NCBI GenBank assembly: GCA_963808235.1
Contig: CAWEEQ010000004.1
Coordinates: 3,488,001 to 3,552,000 of the forward strand
DNA from: an uncultured delta proteobacterium
GTDB lineage: Bacteria > Desulfobacterota > Binatia > Binatales > Binataceae
Direction of reading: 5' to 3'
DNA: 64,000 bases
The translations under genes were made by a program, and so were the position numbers. Under the pieces are notes generated by a model, which made no database searches, was not told the origin of the DNA, and worked only from the letters and a program-made list of their open reading frames with translations. This document shows, piece by piece, positions 1 through 10,514 of this stretch (position 1 is its first letter; each line of letters begins with the position of its first letter).

Positions 1-35
1 CTGTTCGAAGAGCCAGATATGACAGCGATATCACG

Positions 36-1901
36 ATGAAGACCCTTGAGGAGGCGGTCACGGCACAGCACTCGGCCGCGGACGCATCTGACGAAATTCT
101 CGCGACTTTGCGCCGCTTCTGGGGTTACGAGAGTTTTCGGCCGCTGCAGGCCGACGCGATCCAGGCGGGACTCGAGCGGCGCGACTCACTGGTGGTGATG
201 CCGACCGGGGGCGGGAAGTCACTTTGCTACCAGGTGCCGCCGGCGGTCGCTCGACGCACCGATATAGTGGTTTCGCCGCTGATCGCGCTAATGAAGGACC
301 AGGTCGATGCGCTTCGCGCGTGCGGCTATCCCGCGGTCGCGTTGCATAGCGGCATCGATGCGGCGGACATTCGCGATCTCGAGAGCAAGATCGCCGCCGG
401 AGGTTATCATCTTATCTTCGTCGCGCCGGAGCGGTTGCTGACGCCGCGCTTTTTGGAACTTGCCACGCGGCTCAAGGTCTCCGCCTTCGCGATCGATGAA
501 GCGCATTGCATCAGCCAGTGGGGGCATGATTTCCGACCGGAATATCGGCAGCTCGCGGAACTGAAGACGCGTTTCAAGGGCGCAAGCATCCACGCATACA
601 CGGCGACCGCGACCGAGCGCGTGCGGATCGACATCGTCGAGCAGCTCGGGCTCGTCGATCCGGCGGTGCTGGTCGGATCGTTCGATCGGCCGAACCTTCT
701 CTACCGGGTTCTTCCGAAAGTAGATGTGAGCGCGCAAATCGCCGACGCCCTGCGAAGGCATAAGGGGGAAGCGTCGATCGTTTACAGCATCAGCCGCAAG
801 GACACCGAGAATATCGCGGGATATCTGGCGCGCGAGGGTTTCCGCGCCGCGCACTATCATGCGGGTATGGAGCCGGACCAGCGCCGGCGCACGCAGGACC
901 GTTTTGCCGGCGAAGAAATCGACGTGGTGGTGGCGACGGTTGCGTTCGGGATGGGAATCGACCGCAGCGACATCCGATGCGTGATCCATGCGGCGATCCC
1001 GAAATCGGTCGAATCTTACCAGCAGGAGACCGGCCGCGCGGGGCGCGACGGCTTGCCCGCGGAGTGCGTACTTTTCTATTCAGCGGCGGACGTGATGCGC
1101 TGGCAGAATCTGATCGAGCGTAGCGCAGAAGAAGCCGCGACTCCTCCGGAAGTAGCGCAGAGTGGGGTGCAGCTCCTCGAGGAGATTCGCCGCTTCGCTA
1201 CGGTCGTGCGATGCCGGCATAGCGCGCTGTCTGCTTACTTCGGCGAAATTTACCAGGGTGCAAACTGCGGCGCGTGCGACTTCTGCCTGAACGAGGTGGA
1301 GGGAGTCGCCGATTCGACAGTGCTGGCGCAGAAGGTGCTCTCGTGCGTAGCGCGCGTCGAGCAGCGCTTCGGAGTCGAGCATGTTGTGGATGTGGTTATC
1401 GGTGCGAGCAGCGAACGGATGCAGCGATATGGTCACGAAAAGCTTTCCACTTATGGTCTGCTGAAGGACGTTCCGCGCAAGCAGTTGACCAACCTGGTCT
1501 ATCAGCTAATCGACGCAGGATTTCTGGAGCGCACGCCGGGCGAGCGGCCGGTGCTGAAGCTGAACGCGATGTCATGGGAAGTGATGCGCGGCCGACGCGC
1601 CGTCAGTTTAATGCAAGCAAAGAAGCCGCGGGCGTCGAGGACGAAGATCGAAGAGACCTCGTGGCGCGATGTGGACGAAGCGCTCTTCGAGAAGCTGCGG
1701 AATCTGCGCCGAGAAATCGCGGCCGAGCGAGGAATGCCCGCTTACGTGATCCTGCACGACGCGACGCTGCGCGAAATCGCGAGCGTGCGGCCGAAGACGT
1801 TGGACTCGCTGCGACACATCCGCGGAATAGGCGAGAGAAAACTCGCCGACTTTGGCGCTCGCGTGATCGAGTGCATTGGGTCTCAAGACCCGTCGCGTTG
1901 A
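36..1901 (+). CDS. recQ: ATP-dependent DNA helicase RecQ
   Basis: Walker A MPTGGGKS, DEAH box, SQWGHDFRPEY, QETGRAGRDG, Zn-binding CRH...CGACDFC, RQC and C-terminal HRDC (PAYVILHDATL). Confidence 0.97.
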   Translation: MKTLEEAVTAQHSAADASDEILATLRRFWGYESFRPLQADAIQAGLERRDSLVVMPTGGGKSLCYQVPPAVARRTDIVVSPLIALMKDQVDALRACGYPAVALHSGIDAADIRDLESKIAAGGYHLIFVAPERLLTPRFLELATRLKVSAFAIDEAHCISQWGHDFRPEYRQLAELKTRFKGASIHAYTATATERVRIDIVEQLGLVDPAVLVGSFDRPNLLYRVLPKVDVSAQIADALRRHKGEASIVYSISRKDTENIAGYLAREGFRAAHYHAGMEPDQRRRTQDRFAGEEIDVVVATVAFGMGIDRSDIRCVIHAAIPKSVESYQQETGRAGRDGLPAECVLFYSAADVMRWQNLIERSAEEAATPPEVAQSGVQLLEEIRRFATVVRCRHSALSAYFGEIYQGANCGACDFCLNEVEGVADSTVLAQKVLSCVARVEQRFGVEHVVDVVIGASSERMQRYGHEKLSTYGLLKDVPRKQLTNLVYQLIDAGFLERTPGERPVLKLNAMSWEVMRGRRAVSLMQAKKPRASRTKIEETSWRDVDEALFEKLRNLRREIAAERGMPAYVILHDATLREIASVRPKTLDSLRHIRGIGERKLADFGARVIECIGSQDPSR

Positions 1902-2003
1902 GCGCGACCCCAGACCTTTTCAGCGACATTGTTCCGCATTAGGCTTTTGCGCGGTGGCGACTTGAATGGGCGCTGGGGCGCTCGCGAGAACGCTGAAGGA
2001 GAG

Positions 2004-3398
2004 ATGACTCACATGATGACCGGAGAGCAATACAAGAAATCGCTCAATGACAATCGCGAGACGTATTTCGAAGGCGAGCGGGTGCGCGATATCGTCACGC
2101 ATCCGATACTTGGCAAATGCGTTTCGCGGATCGCGCGCGGCTACGACCAGTTCTACTCGCCGGCAGTCGGCGCGGTGAGTCCGCTGATGGCGATTCCGCG
2201 CTCGGCGCAGGAATTGCGCGATCGGATACCGCTGCTGCACGAGTCCGACATCGTGGCGAACGTTACTTACCAGTCAATCATGACGCTGACGACCGCGGCG
2301 ACCCGAATCGCAGACGCGTTGCCGGACTATGCGGAACGCATTCGCAGGTACGTTGGTGCGGCGCAGCGGAGCGACATTCGGATCGTCGAATGCATCACGG
2401 ATGCAAAGGGCGATCGTAGCCGTCCGCCGGGCAAGCAGGACGATCCTGACGCGTACACGCGCGTAGTCGAGCGGCGCGCCGACGGCGTGGTGATTCGCGG
2501 TGCGAAGCTGCATATCACGGGCGCCTCGATGGCGCATGATCTGATGGTCATCCCGACCAAGGCGATGAAGCCCGGCGAGGAGGCATACGCGATCGGATGC
2601 GCGGTGCCGGTCAACTCACCGGGGGTCAAGATTATCGACACGACTTTTGCGCCGCGGCATCCAGACAGCCGGCAGTTTCCGATCTCGGCGAAAATCCACA
2701 TGCCAGAAGGGTTTGTGATCCTTGACGACGTGTTCGTCCCGAACGAACGAATTTTTCTCGACGGCGCGGTGCAGCAGGCGGCGGTCTTCGCGCATTCGCT
2801 CGGGCTTTGGGAGCGGCTCGGCGGGCTTTCCGCGATGGCGGAGGAGGCCGATCAACTGGTCGGCTTTGCGCAGCTCGTGGCGGAGGCCAACGGGCTGGCG
2901 AAAGAGGGGCATATCAAGGAGAAGATTTCCGAGATGCTCATCCATGCGACGTTGATTCGCGCCGCGCTCGAAGCTGCGATCGCGAACTGCCAGATCACCG
3001 AACAGGGTGCGTTCCCCGACGAGCTCTACACCAATGCGGGCAAGTATCACGGTGCTGCGAACTACAATCTGATGGTGCGGCATCTGCACGACATCTCGGG
3101 CGGCTCGATCCTTACTGCGCCCGGGGTTGCCGACCTCGAGAACGAAGTGACCGGCCCGCTGGTCCGGAAGTACATGGCAACCAGCAACGGAATAGACGGC
3201 GACTATCGCGCACGCTTGTTTCATGCGATCCGCGACTTGACCGCCGACGCGTACGGCGGGTGGAAGGCGGTCACCAACGTGCAGGCCGGCGGCGGGCTTT
3301 ACGCACAGCGGATCGTGACGCGGAGATACTACAACCTCGAAGGCGCCAAGAAGAAGGCGCTGAAGGTGGCGGGACTGAGCGACGAAATCGCCGAATGA
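2004..3398 (+). CDS. HpaB / 4-hydroxybutyryl-CoA dehydratase family flavoprotein
   Basis: MTGEQYKKSLNDNRETYFEGERV N-terminus, TDAKGDRS, GVVIRGAKLHITGA, DDVFVPNERIF; ATG at 2004 follows a GAAGGAGA RBS. Confidence 0.85.
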   Translation: MTHMMTGEQYKKSLNDNRETYFEGERVRDIVTHPILGKCVSRIARGYDQFYSPAVGAVSPLMAIPRSAQELRDRIPLLHESDIVANVTYQSIMTLTTAATRIADALPDYAERIRRYVGAAQRSDIRIVECITDAKGDRSRPPGKQDDPDAYTRVVERRADGVVIRGAKLHITGASMAHDLMVIPTKAMKPGEEAYAIGCAVPVNSPGVKIIDTTFAPRHPDSRQFPISAKIHMPEGFVILDDVFVPNERIFLDGAVQQAAVFAHSLGLWERLGGLSAMAEEADQLVGFAQLVAEANGLAKEGHIKEKISEMLIHATLIRAALEAAIANCQITEQGAFPDELYTNAGKYHGAANYNLMVRHLHDISGGSILTAPGVADLENEVTGPLVRKYMATSNGIDGDYRARLFHAIRDLTADAYGGWKAVTNVQAGGGLYAQRIVTRRYYNLEGAKKKALKVAGLSDEIAE

Positions 3399-3448
3399 TT
3401 TTTCGGTAGCGTCTTTCGAGTCATCGGATATTCTTTTCGGGCCGGTGG

Positions 3449-4921
3449 TCAGATTCCCGCTTCGGGACCGTAGAACTGCACGTCTTCCCGATAGCCGCCT
3501 TGACCTTCACCCAGCATACGGCAGTCCTCGACGAGTTCGATCGAGCGGATCCATTTCACCATCTTGAAGCCTAGCTGCGTCTCTACCCGCAGGCGGCACG
3601 GAGCTCCGTGCGCGACTTGCAGCGGCGCATCGTTCATCTCGTAGGCCAGAATCGTTTGCGCGTGAGACGCGAGCTCAAGATCGATCACTTCGTAGTATGC
3701 AACGCCTGGCTCGGGCTCCTGCCAGGAACGGAACACGAGGTAGCGCGCGTTCGCAAGCGGGCGGCATCGCGCCAATATGTCCGTCATCGCGACACCAGTC
3801 CATCGCGCAACACCGGACCATCCTTGAATACAATGGTGCAGCGTGATCTGAGACTGCGCCCGCATCGCGCGAAGATCTGCGAGCCCGAGCTGGACTGGAT
3901 TTTCGACCAAGCCTCCGATTTCGAGCCGCCAGTTTTCGAAGTTCGCCGCCGCCATCTGCTGATACGCAGCAGTTTCCGGCGGACGCCCGTTGACCCGGAA
4001 GTATGCAGAAATCGCCGAAGCCGGATACGCCTGGCGCGAGCGTACATGATGAAGGAGGATGCGTCGGACCGGTTCTATCAATATCCCTAAGGCGCGCTGC
4101 ACGAACTTCGGATCGCGCAACGACACCTGGGTCGCCCACACGTGCAAGATCATGACCGCGATGAGTCCGCCGATCCCGATCGCGACAGAAAGCCCTTCCA
4201 GCGCATGCCGCCCGTGGATGATGTAACTCATGTTGGCGGGGAAGTCCTCGACGGCGACCAGGGTGACGTGCACCACGGTGAAGAGACAAATCGCAACCAG
4301 CCCGAGAAAATGGATGCTACGAGCGGACTGGCGTCCGCCAAGTATCTTGATATAGCCAGGAAAGCGCGCTGCGACCGCCGGCGACATCGCGGCGCCCGTC
4401 GCGATCATCAGCGGCGCAATCACGAATACAGTTCCGGCATAGGCGAGCTGTTGAACGGGATTGTAGGGATGCCCCGGCGGTGGCAGATGGAAGTGCGCAT
4501 AGATCGACGCGGTATGAATTGCGGCGGGAACGATGCTCCATGATGTTGGTATCAGCCGGCGCCATCCGCCGATCGCGAACAGCGCGAACACGTAAACGAC
4601 GCCATTGAGCACCCAGAAAATGATCGAACAGAAGTGCCAATGGCGGCCGATCCCGAGATTCATATGGCCCGGCAGCGCTATCCACGATGAGAACGGTTCC
4701 TGCTCGTCGGAGGCGGTCCAGAGCCTGTCCGCTGGCATCACCTTGCGCGTGAACTTGAGCCACTCGCTCCCGACGCGGCAGTCATCGTTCCAGTAGAGTT
4801 TGGGATGTGCGCTTAGAATCTCCAGCCCGCTGCGAATGAGCAGGCTGATGAAGAGAAGATTGATGAAGTGACTGATACCGGCCCAATTGAAAAAGCCGAA
4901 TGCTTGCGCGAAGAATCTCAT
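3449..4921 (-). CDS. Cytochrome b domain fused to sulfite-oxidase-family (MsrP/YedY-like) molybdopterin oxidoreductase
   Basis: N-terminal TM helices with His residues (SHFINL, RHWHF, YNPVQQLAY, RSIHF, VHV); C-terminal HHCIQGWS Mo-Cys motif and HGAPCRLRVETQLGFKMVKWI. Confidence 0.88.
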   Translation of the reverse strand: MRFFAQAFGFFNWAGISHFINLLFISLLIRSGLEILSAHPKLYWNDDCRVGSEWLKFTRKVMPADRLWTASDEQEPFSSWIALPGHMNLGIGRHWHFCSIIFWVLNGVVYVFALFAIGGWRRLIPTSWSIVPAAIHTASIYAHFHLPPPGHPYNPVQQLAYAGTVFVIAPLMIATGAAMSPAVAARFPGYIKILGGRQSARSIHFLGLVAICLFTVVHVTLVAVEDFPANMSYIIHGRHALEGLSVAIGIGGLIAVMILHVWATQVSLRDPKFVQRALGILIEPVRRILLHHVRSRQAYPASAISAYFRVNGRPPETAAYQQMAAANFENWRLEIGGLVENPVQLGLADLRAMRAQSQITLHHCIQGWSGVARWTGVAMTDILARCRPLANARYLVFRSWQEPEPGVAYYEVIDLELASHAQTILAYEMNDAPLQVAHGAPCRLRVETQLGFKMVKWIRSIELVEDCRMLGEGQGGYREDVQFYGPEAGI

Positions 4922-5067
4922 GGCCGTCGATTCCGTTTTATGCTTCGCGAGCGAAACCGACAAATTGACGGAACCTGTTAGATGTATTCTGACCAAAGAT
5001 CTCGCGCGTGGTCGCGATGACGATGAAAGGGTAGTACTACTCATGCTCGATTTTCGGGAGAGCTCAA

Positions 5068-6633
5068 GTGGATAGGCCTGCCTCGCCGCGGCAACTGCTC
5101 ATCGGTTTGGACGCGATGGACTGGAGTCTCGTGCAGAGGTGGGCATCTACGAACAAGATGCCGACCTTCCGACGTCTCATGGAAGAGGGCACCCAAGCCG
5201 AGCTATCGACGGTCGCCGATCGTTTGCCGGACATTTCGTGGAACTGTCTTTGTTCGGGGCTCAACCCCGCTTATCTAGCTCGCTACTTTTACGTACAGCA
5301 CGATCCAAGGACCGCGGGCTTGCGCTATATGCCGGATGACTCGTTCGGAGTGAACTATTTTTGGGATCATCTAAGCCGAGCGGGCCGGCGCGTAGGGGTG
5401 GTGGATGTCCCGCACGTGAGTACTTCCGCCGAGCTGAACGGATTTCAACTCACCTCGTGGGGAACGCACGCAGCCCACGGGCCGCGGTCTTCAACGCCTC
5501 GATCGCTCCTGCGCGAGGTGGACGAACGCTTCGGACGCTATCCGGTAGGAGAATGCGACGCGGTGGGCTCGGCTCCCGAAGCCAGAGTGGCGTTGCGCCC
5601 GCGTCTGCTGGCCGGCGTACATGCGCATGGTGAATTGTTCCGCCATTGCATCACCGAGCCGGCGTGGGAGGTCCTGATCACGGTCTTTGCGGCTGCGCAC
5701 TGTGCGGGTCACTTCTACTGGGCCGACATGGATCCCACGCATCCTGCGCACGATCCAGAGGATCGGCATCGGCTCGCCGACACCATTGAGGCAGTCTATC
5801 GCGCAATCGATCGCGAGGTCGGCGAGATGGTCGAGGCCGCGGGTCCCGGCGTGCGAGTATACGTATTCGCCGCGCACGGGATGGGACCGCTCTACCACGC
5901 GTCGTGGAACCTTCCCGAAATTCTCGACTACCTGGGATACGGGAAAGAGGATTCCCGCGGCGCGGATCGGCGTGGGGAAATGCGTCGGTCCGACGTAAAT
6001 TTCTGGCGCACGCTGCGGATGGTGGTGCCGGGGAGGCTGCAATACGCAATCAAAGCTGCGCTGCCTCAATGGTTGCAGAATGAACTGATCTTTCGCTTCT
6101 ACCGGGGTAACAGGTCCTGGGAAATGTGCCGCGCGTTCGCCGTACCGAACGTCGACGTAGTCGGCGCAATTCGCATCAGTTTGAAGGGGCGCGACTACAA
6201 CGGCCTGGTGGAACCCGGTGCTGAGTACGATCGCGTTTGCGAAGAGATCTGCGCAGTGCTCGCCGAGCTGCGCGATCCCGTGAGCGGGCGGCCGGTCGTC
6301 AAACATATTTCGCAACTCCAACGGGAACTCCACGGTCCGTACCTCGACCGCTTACCCGACATCACCGCGCTCTGGGATCAATCCTTTCCGTGGAGGTCGA
6401 TAAACTCGCCGCGCTTTGGCACCGTCCAGTTGCGAAACCAGGATTCGCGCACCGGCTCGCATGCTCCCCGCGGCTTCCTGCTCGCGTCCGGCGAAGGTAT
6501 CGCAAGCGGAGCCACCCTGTCGGGCGCATCGATTTTCGATTTTGTCCCTACAATCTTAAACAGCGCCGGAACGCGCGTGCCTGAGATTTGTGAAGGACGC
6601 CCGCTATTCACGACTGGATCCGCGCACGCATGA
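5068..6633 (+). CDS. Alkaline phosphatase superfamily protein (type I phosphodiesterase/nucleotide pyrophosphatase-like)
   Basis: IGLDA, MPTFRRLMEEG, YRAIDREVGEM, GSHAPRGFLLASG, SIFDFVPTIL. Confidence 0.8.
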   Translation: MDRPASPRQLLIGLDAMDWSLVQRWASTNKMPTFRRLMEEGTQAELSTVADRLPDISWNCLCSGLNPAYLARYFYVQHDPRTAGLRYMPDDSFGVNYFWDHLSRAGRRVGVVDVPHVSTSAELNGFQLTSWGTHAAHGPRSSTPRSLLREVDERFGRYPVGECDAVGSAPEARVALRPRLLAGVHAHGELFRHCITEPAWEVLITVFAAAHCAGHFYWADMDPTHPAHDPEDRHRLADTIEAVYRAIDREVGEMVEAAGPGVRVYVFAAHGMGPLYHASWNLPEILDYLGYGKEDSRGADRRGEMRRSDVNFWRTLRMVVPGRLQYAIKAALPQWLQNELIFRFYRGNRSWEMCRAFAVPNVDVVGAIRISLKGRDYNGLVEPGAEYDRVCEEICAVLAELRDPVSGRPVVKHISQLQRELHGPYLDRLPDITALWDQSFPWRSINSPRFGTVQLRNQDSRTGSHAPRGFLLASGEGIASGATLSGASIFDFVPTILNSAGTRVPEICEGRPLFTTGSAHA

Positions 6634-7958
6634 CCGAGCACACGAGCATGACCGCATCGCGGCGATCGCTTGCGATATACGCCGATCGGCGCGTGCTGCT
6701 GATCCTGCCGCTTGGCTTTGCGAGTGGCTTGCCGCTGCTGCTCACATTTTCGACGCTGTCGGCATGGCTTGCGACTGCGGGCGTCAGCCGAGCGACGATC
6801 GGCGCGTTTGCGCTAGTCGGCACGCCCTACGCGTTCAAATTTTTGTGGTCGCCGCTCATCGATCGCCTGCCACCGCCGCTTCGAGTGGGGCGGCGGCGCG
6901 GATGGGGGATCGCGATACAGCTGGCGCTCATCGCCGCGACGCTCGGCCTTGGCAGTTGCGATCCCACGCGCAATCTTTTTGCGATGGGCGTGCTCGCGAT
7001 CCTGGTCGCGTTTCTCTCCGCCAGCCAGGACATCGTGATCGACGCGTATCGAGTCGAGATTCTGACGCCCGAGCAACAAGGTCCGGGCGCAGCGATGATT
7101 CAGACCGGTTACCGCCTCGCGACGCTGGTCGCGGGCGCAGGCGCTTTGATGATCGCTGACCGCCTCGGATGGTTCGCGGCCTATGCCACGATGGCGGCGC
7201 TTTTGGCGATCGGATTGCTGGTCTTCATATTCGGGCCCGAGCCGACGCCGCCGGCAGAAGAGAGGCGCGACGGATCGGGAGCACTCAGTGATTTCCTGGC
7301 AACCGCGGTGGTCGGGCCTTTCAGGGACTTCATGCTTCGTCCGATGTGGCCGGTGATCATCCTCTTCGTGCTCGGCTACAAGCTCGGCGAAGCGATGGCG
7401 GGCGTGATGGCGATGCCGCTCTACATCTCGCTCGGATTTTCGCTCAGCCAGATCGCTGCGATATCCAAGCTGGTCGGATTCTTCGCGACCATTATCGGGG
7501 CGCTTATCGGTGGGATCGTGACAGTGCGACTCGGAGTTATCCGAGCGCTCATACTATGCGGGTTGCTGCAGTCGGCGGGAAATTTATTTTACGTGCTGCA
7601 AGCGGTCGGAGGGCATCGTTTGGACTATCTCGCGCTCTGCGTTGCGGCCGAGAACCTGACGAGTGCGATGGCGGGCGCGGCGCTGGTCGCTTATCTCTCC
7701 GACCTCTGTTCGCCTGCGTACACTGCGACCCAGTACGCTTTGCTCTCATCGCTCGCGGCGGTCGGGCGAACTATGGTTGCTTCTTCCGGCGGCGTGCTCG
7801 CCGACAAGCTTGGTTGGGTGCCGTTCTTCCTGATCACCACGGTGGCGACGCTGCCCGCCCTTGCGCTGCTCATATGGATCGCGCGTCGGACCGGAATGCG
7901 AATGGAACGGAAGGTAGCTTCGCCCGCATCTACAACGAGCGAAACCGGACTTTCGTGA
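6630..7958 (+). CDS. ampG: AmpG family muropeptide MFS transporter
   Basis: LGFASGLPLLL, PYAFKFLWSPLID, SASQDIVIDAYRVE, ATQYALLSSL; ATGA overlap with the upstream gene. Confidence 0.9.
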   Translation: MTEHTSMTASRRSLAIYADRRVLLILPLGFASGLPLLLTFSTLSAWLATAGVSRATIGAFALVGTPYAFKFLWSPLIDRLPPPLRVGRRRGWGIAIQLALIAATLGLGSCDPTRNLFAMGVLAILVAFLSASQDIVIDAYRVEILTPEQQGPGAAMIQTGYRLATLVAGAGALMIADRLGWFAAYATMAALLAIGLLVFIFGPEPTPPAEERRDGSGALSDFLATAVVGPFRDFMLRPMWPVIILFVLGYKLGEAMAGVMAMPLYISLGFSLSQIAAISKLVGFFATIIGALIGGIVTVRLGVIRALILCGLLQSAGNLFYVLQAVGGHRLDYLALCVAAENLTSAMAGAALVAYLSDLCSPAYTATQYALLSSLAAVGRTMVASSGGVLADKLGWVPFFLITTVATLPALALLIWIARRTGMRMERKVASPASTTSETGLS

Positions 7959-7963
7959 CGTGC

Positions 7964-9127
7964 TCAGCGAAATAGACGGCTCGATGCGAGATCGGCGCCT
8001 GCGCGCATCGCGCGCAACTTTTCCCAGACGATTTCCTCGGCGACCTCTCCGAGTCCAGCCGACGTTTCGAAGCCGCAATCAGTTCCCGCCATCACGCGGC
8101 GCGGATCGCCAATCGCCTGCGATGCGCGTTCAAGGCGATCGGCAATCACTTCGGGATGCTCGACGTAGTTGGTCTTGGTATCGATGACGCCGGTGACGAG
8201 GCTCATCTGCGCGGGCAGCGGATAGGTTTTGAAGTATCGGTATTCGTGCTGATGGCGCGGATTTGCGGCCTCCAATACGAGAGCACCGACCTTGGCATGG
8301 TAGAGCAGCGGCAGAATGTCGCCGAGCGACACGTCGAGATCGTGCGGAGCCGAGTAGTTACCCCAGCAAACGTGCATGCGGACGCGGTCGGGAGAGATGC
8401 CCTGAAGCGCGCGGTTCATCGCCGCGATATTCAGTTCTACATATGAGAGAAAATACTTGAGCGGGCGATCGGCGTAAGAGGTATGCCGCTCCATCGCGAG
8501 ATCCGGGCAGTCAACCTGGAGCAAGAATCCTTGCGCCACGATGTATTGATACTCAGCCGCAAGAGCATTGGCGACGGCGTTTACATATCTCTCGTAGTTT
8601 TCGTAGTGCTCGTTGAGCATCGCCGACGCGATTATTCCCGGCGATGGCGCAGTCATGAAGGGTTCGGCGAATTTGTGAGACTGTTCGTTGAGGATGCGGA
8701 GAGTATCGGCGCATTCGAGTTCGACGGGCTTTCGGTCAACATATTGCACATCGCCGACAGCCTTCGGCGCGTGAAGCAAATCGACCATAGAGCGTTGAAA
8801 GAGCGGCGCGATCAGCTTGCGAAAACTCGGGTAGCGGACAAGGTCGCGCATGATCGGTCGTTCACTGCGGCCGCCGAAACCACTCATGCGGTGTTGCACG
8901 TGGGTGAAGAAGCTCTCGCGCGATTGTTCGCCGTTATTGCCGATGTCGATGCCCGCGTCGAGTTGTTTGGCGACGACGTGGCGGGTGGACTCCTCGATCT
9001 CGCGCGCGAGCGCATCGTTATCGACTGCCTCGCCGCGGCTTTTCTGCACGAGCATCGCGACCAGGCGGTCTCGCCTCGGCAAGCTGCCGGCGTGGGTGGT
9101 CAAAATTCGGCCTTCGCTGCGGACCAT
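7964..9127 (-). CDS. Cobalamin-independent methionine synthase II family protein (single-barrel MetE-like)
   Basis: ILTTHAGSLPR, Zn ligands HVCWGN, LEAANPRH, GTDCGF. Confidence 0.9.
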   Translation of the reverse strand: MVRSEGRILTTHAGSLPRRDRLVAMLVQKSRGEAVDNDALAREIEESTRHVVAKQLDAGIDIGNNGEQSRESFFTHVQHRMSGFGGRSERPIMRDLVRYPSFRKLIAPLFQRSMVDLLHAPKAVGDVQYVDRKPVELECADTLRILNEQSHKFAEPFMTAPSPGIIASAMLNEHYENYERYVNAVANALAAEYQYIVAQGFLLQVDCPDLAMERHTSYADRPLKYFLSYVELNIAAMNRALQGISPDRVRMHVCWGNYSAPHDLDVSLGDILPLLYHAKVGALVLEAANPRHQHEYRYFKTYPLPAQMSLVTGVIDTKTNYVEHPEVIADRLERASQAIGDPRRVMAGTDCGFETSAGLGEVAEEIVWEKLRAMRAGADLASSRLFR

Positions 9128-9264
9128 CGTTTTTTTCTCCTGGGGACGGGACCGACCATAACACAGGACGCCCCCGTTTGCGGAATTGGAAACAGGTCTC
9201 GATATCGAATTGCGGATCAGCGAAGATAGGAGTGCGTTAACCAAATCGATTGGAGGCGACAACC

Positions 9265-10476
9265 GTGGACATAGACCCGAAGCGCGGCGGATTCGCGCCG
9301 GAACGAATCAACCGGATCACCGAGCATCTCAACAGGAACTACATCGAACCCGGCAAGATAGCAGGGTGTCAGGCGTTGGTGGCGAGGCACGGTCACGTTG
9401 CCTACTTCAAGTCTTTGGGCTTGATGGATCGCGAGCGCCGCAAGCCGGTCGCCGACGATACCATCTTCCGCCTCTATTCGATGACCAAGCCGATCGCGTC
9501 AGTCGCGCTGATGACGCTCTATGAGCGCGGCTACTTTCAGCTCAACGATCCGGTCTCGCGGTTTATTCCCAGTTGGCGCGATCACAAGGTGTGGGTTTCG
9601 GGCGAGGGTGCGAGCATGGTAACAGCCGCTCCGGCTCGGCCGATGACGATGCGTCATGTGCTGAGTCATAGTGGGGGCCTGACCTATGGCGCGACGAATC
9701 ATCCGGTTGACCGCGTCTATCGAGAGGTCGGAGTGGGGCGCGGCTCTGGAGAGACGCTGGCGGGATTTGTGGAGAAGCTCGCGAAGGTGCCGCTGCGCTA
9801 CGCTCCGGGCGAGCGCTGGATGTACTCGCTTTCCACTGATGTTTGCGGCTACCTGGTCGAGACGATCTCCGGGAAGCGCTTTGACCAGTATCTGCAGGAG
9901 ACGATCTTCGATCCACTCGACATGAAGGATACCTCCTTCATGGTAGCGCCGCGCAAGCTCGAGCGCTTTGCCGCGAACTATCAGCGTGAGGCTGATAAGA
10001 CGCTCAAGTTGATCGACGATCCGGAGCGCAGCAACTATCTGAAACAGCCGACCTTCTTTTCGGGTGGTGGCGGATTGACGGGAACTACGGCCGACTATTT
10101 CCGCTTCTGTGAGATGTTGCGCCGCGGAGGAGAGTTGGACGGCGCGCGTATCCTGGGTCCTCGTACTATCGAGATCATGCATCGCAATCATCTCGCAGGC
10201 GGCAAAGACCTGAGCCAGATGGCGATCGGCGGATTCTCCGAGACTGCAAATGAAGGCGTTGGCTTCGGACTCGGATTTGCGATGACGCTCGGGCAGGTCG
10301 AGACCGGAGCGCTCGGCGGCGGCGACTACTACTGGGGCGGTGCAGCCTCGACAATCTTCTGGGTCGATCCCAAGGAGGACATGGTCGTGATATTCATGAC
10401 CCAGCTGATGCCGTCGGCGACGTTTAACTTCCGTGGGCAACTAAGAAACATCATCTATTCCGCAATCGTCGACTAA
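9265..10476 (+). CDS. Serine hydrolase, beta-lactamase/class C-like family
   Basis: FRLYSMTK (SxxK), PGERWMYS, WGGAASTIFWVDP; GTG at 9265 after GGAGG. Confidence 0.9.
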   Translation: MDIDPKRGGFAPERINRITEHLNRNYIEPGKIAGCQALVARHGHVAYFKSLGLMDRERRKPVADDTIFRLYSMTKPIASVALMTLYERGYFQLNDPVSRFIPSWRDHKVWVSGEGASMVTAAPARPMTMRHVLSHSGGLTYGATNHPVDRVYREVGVGRGSGETLAGFVEKLAKVPLRYAPGERWMYSLSTDVCGYLVETISGKRFDQYLQETIFDPLDMKDTSFMVAPRKLERFAANYQREADKTLKLIDDPERSNYLKQPTFFSGGGGLTGTTADYFRFCEMLRRGGELDGARILGPRTIEIMHRNHLAGGKDLSQMAIGGFSETANEGVGFGLGFAMTLGQVETGALGGGDYYWGGAASTIFWVDPKEDMVVIFMTQLMPSATFNFRGQLRNIIYSAIVD

Positions 10477-10514
10477 GTGGCTTTTGCCGGCTAAGTGATC
10501 GGAGGAGATTCGCG

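Noticed and set aside
9265-10476. Possible antibiotic-resistance beta-lactamase near ampG
   Set aside because: No signal peptide; it looks like a cytoplasmic esterase-type member of the family and is not in an operon with ampG.
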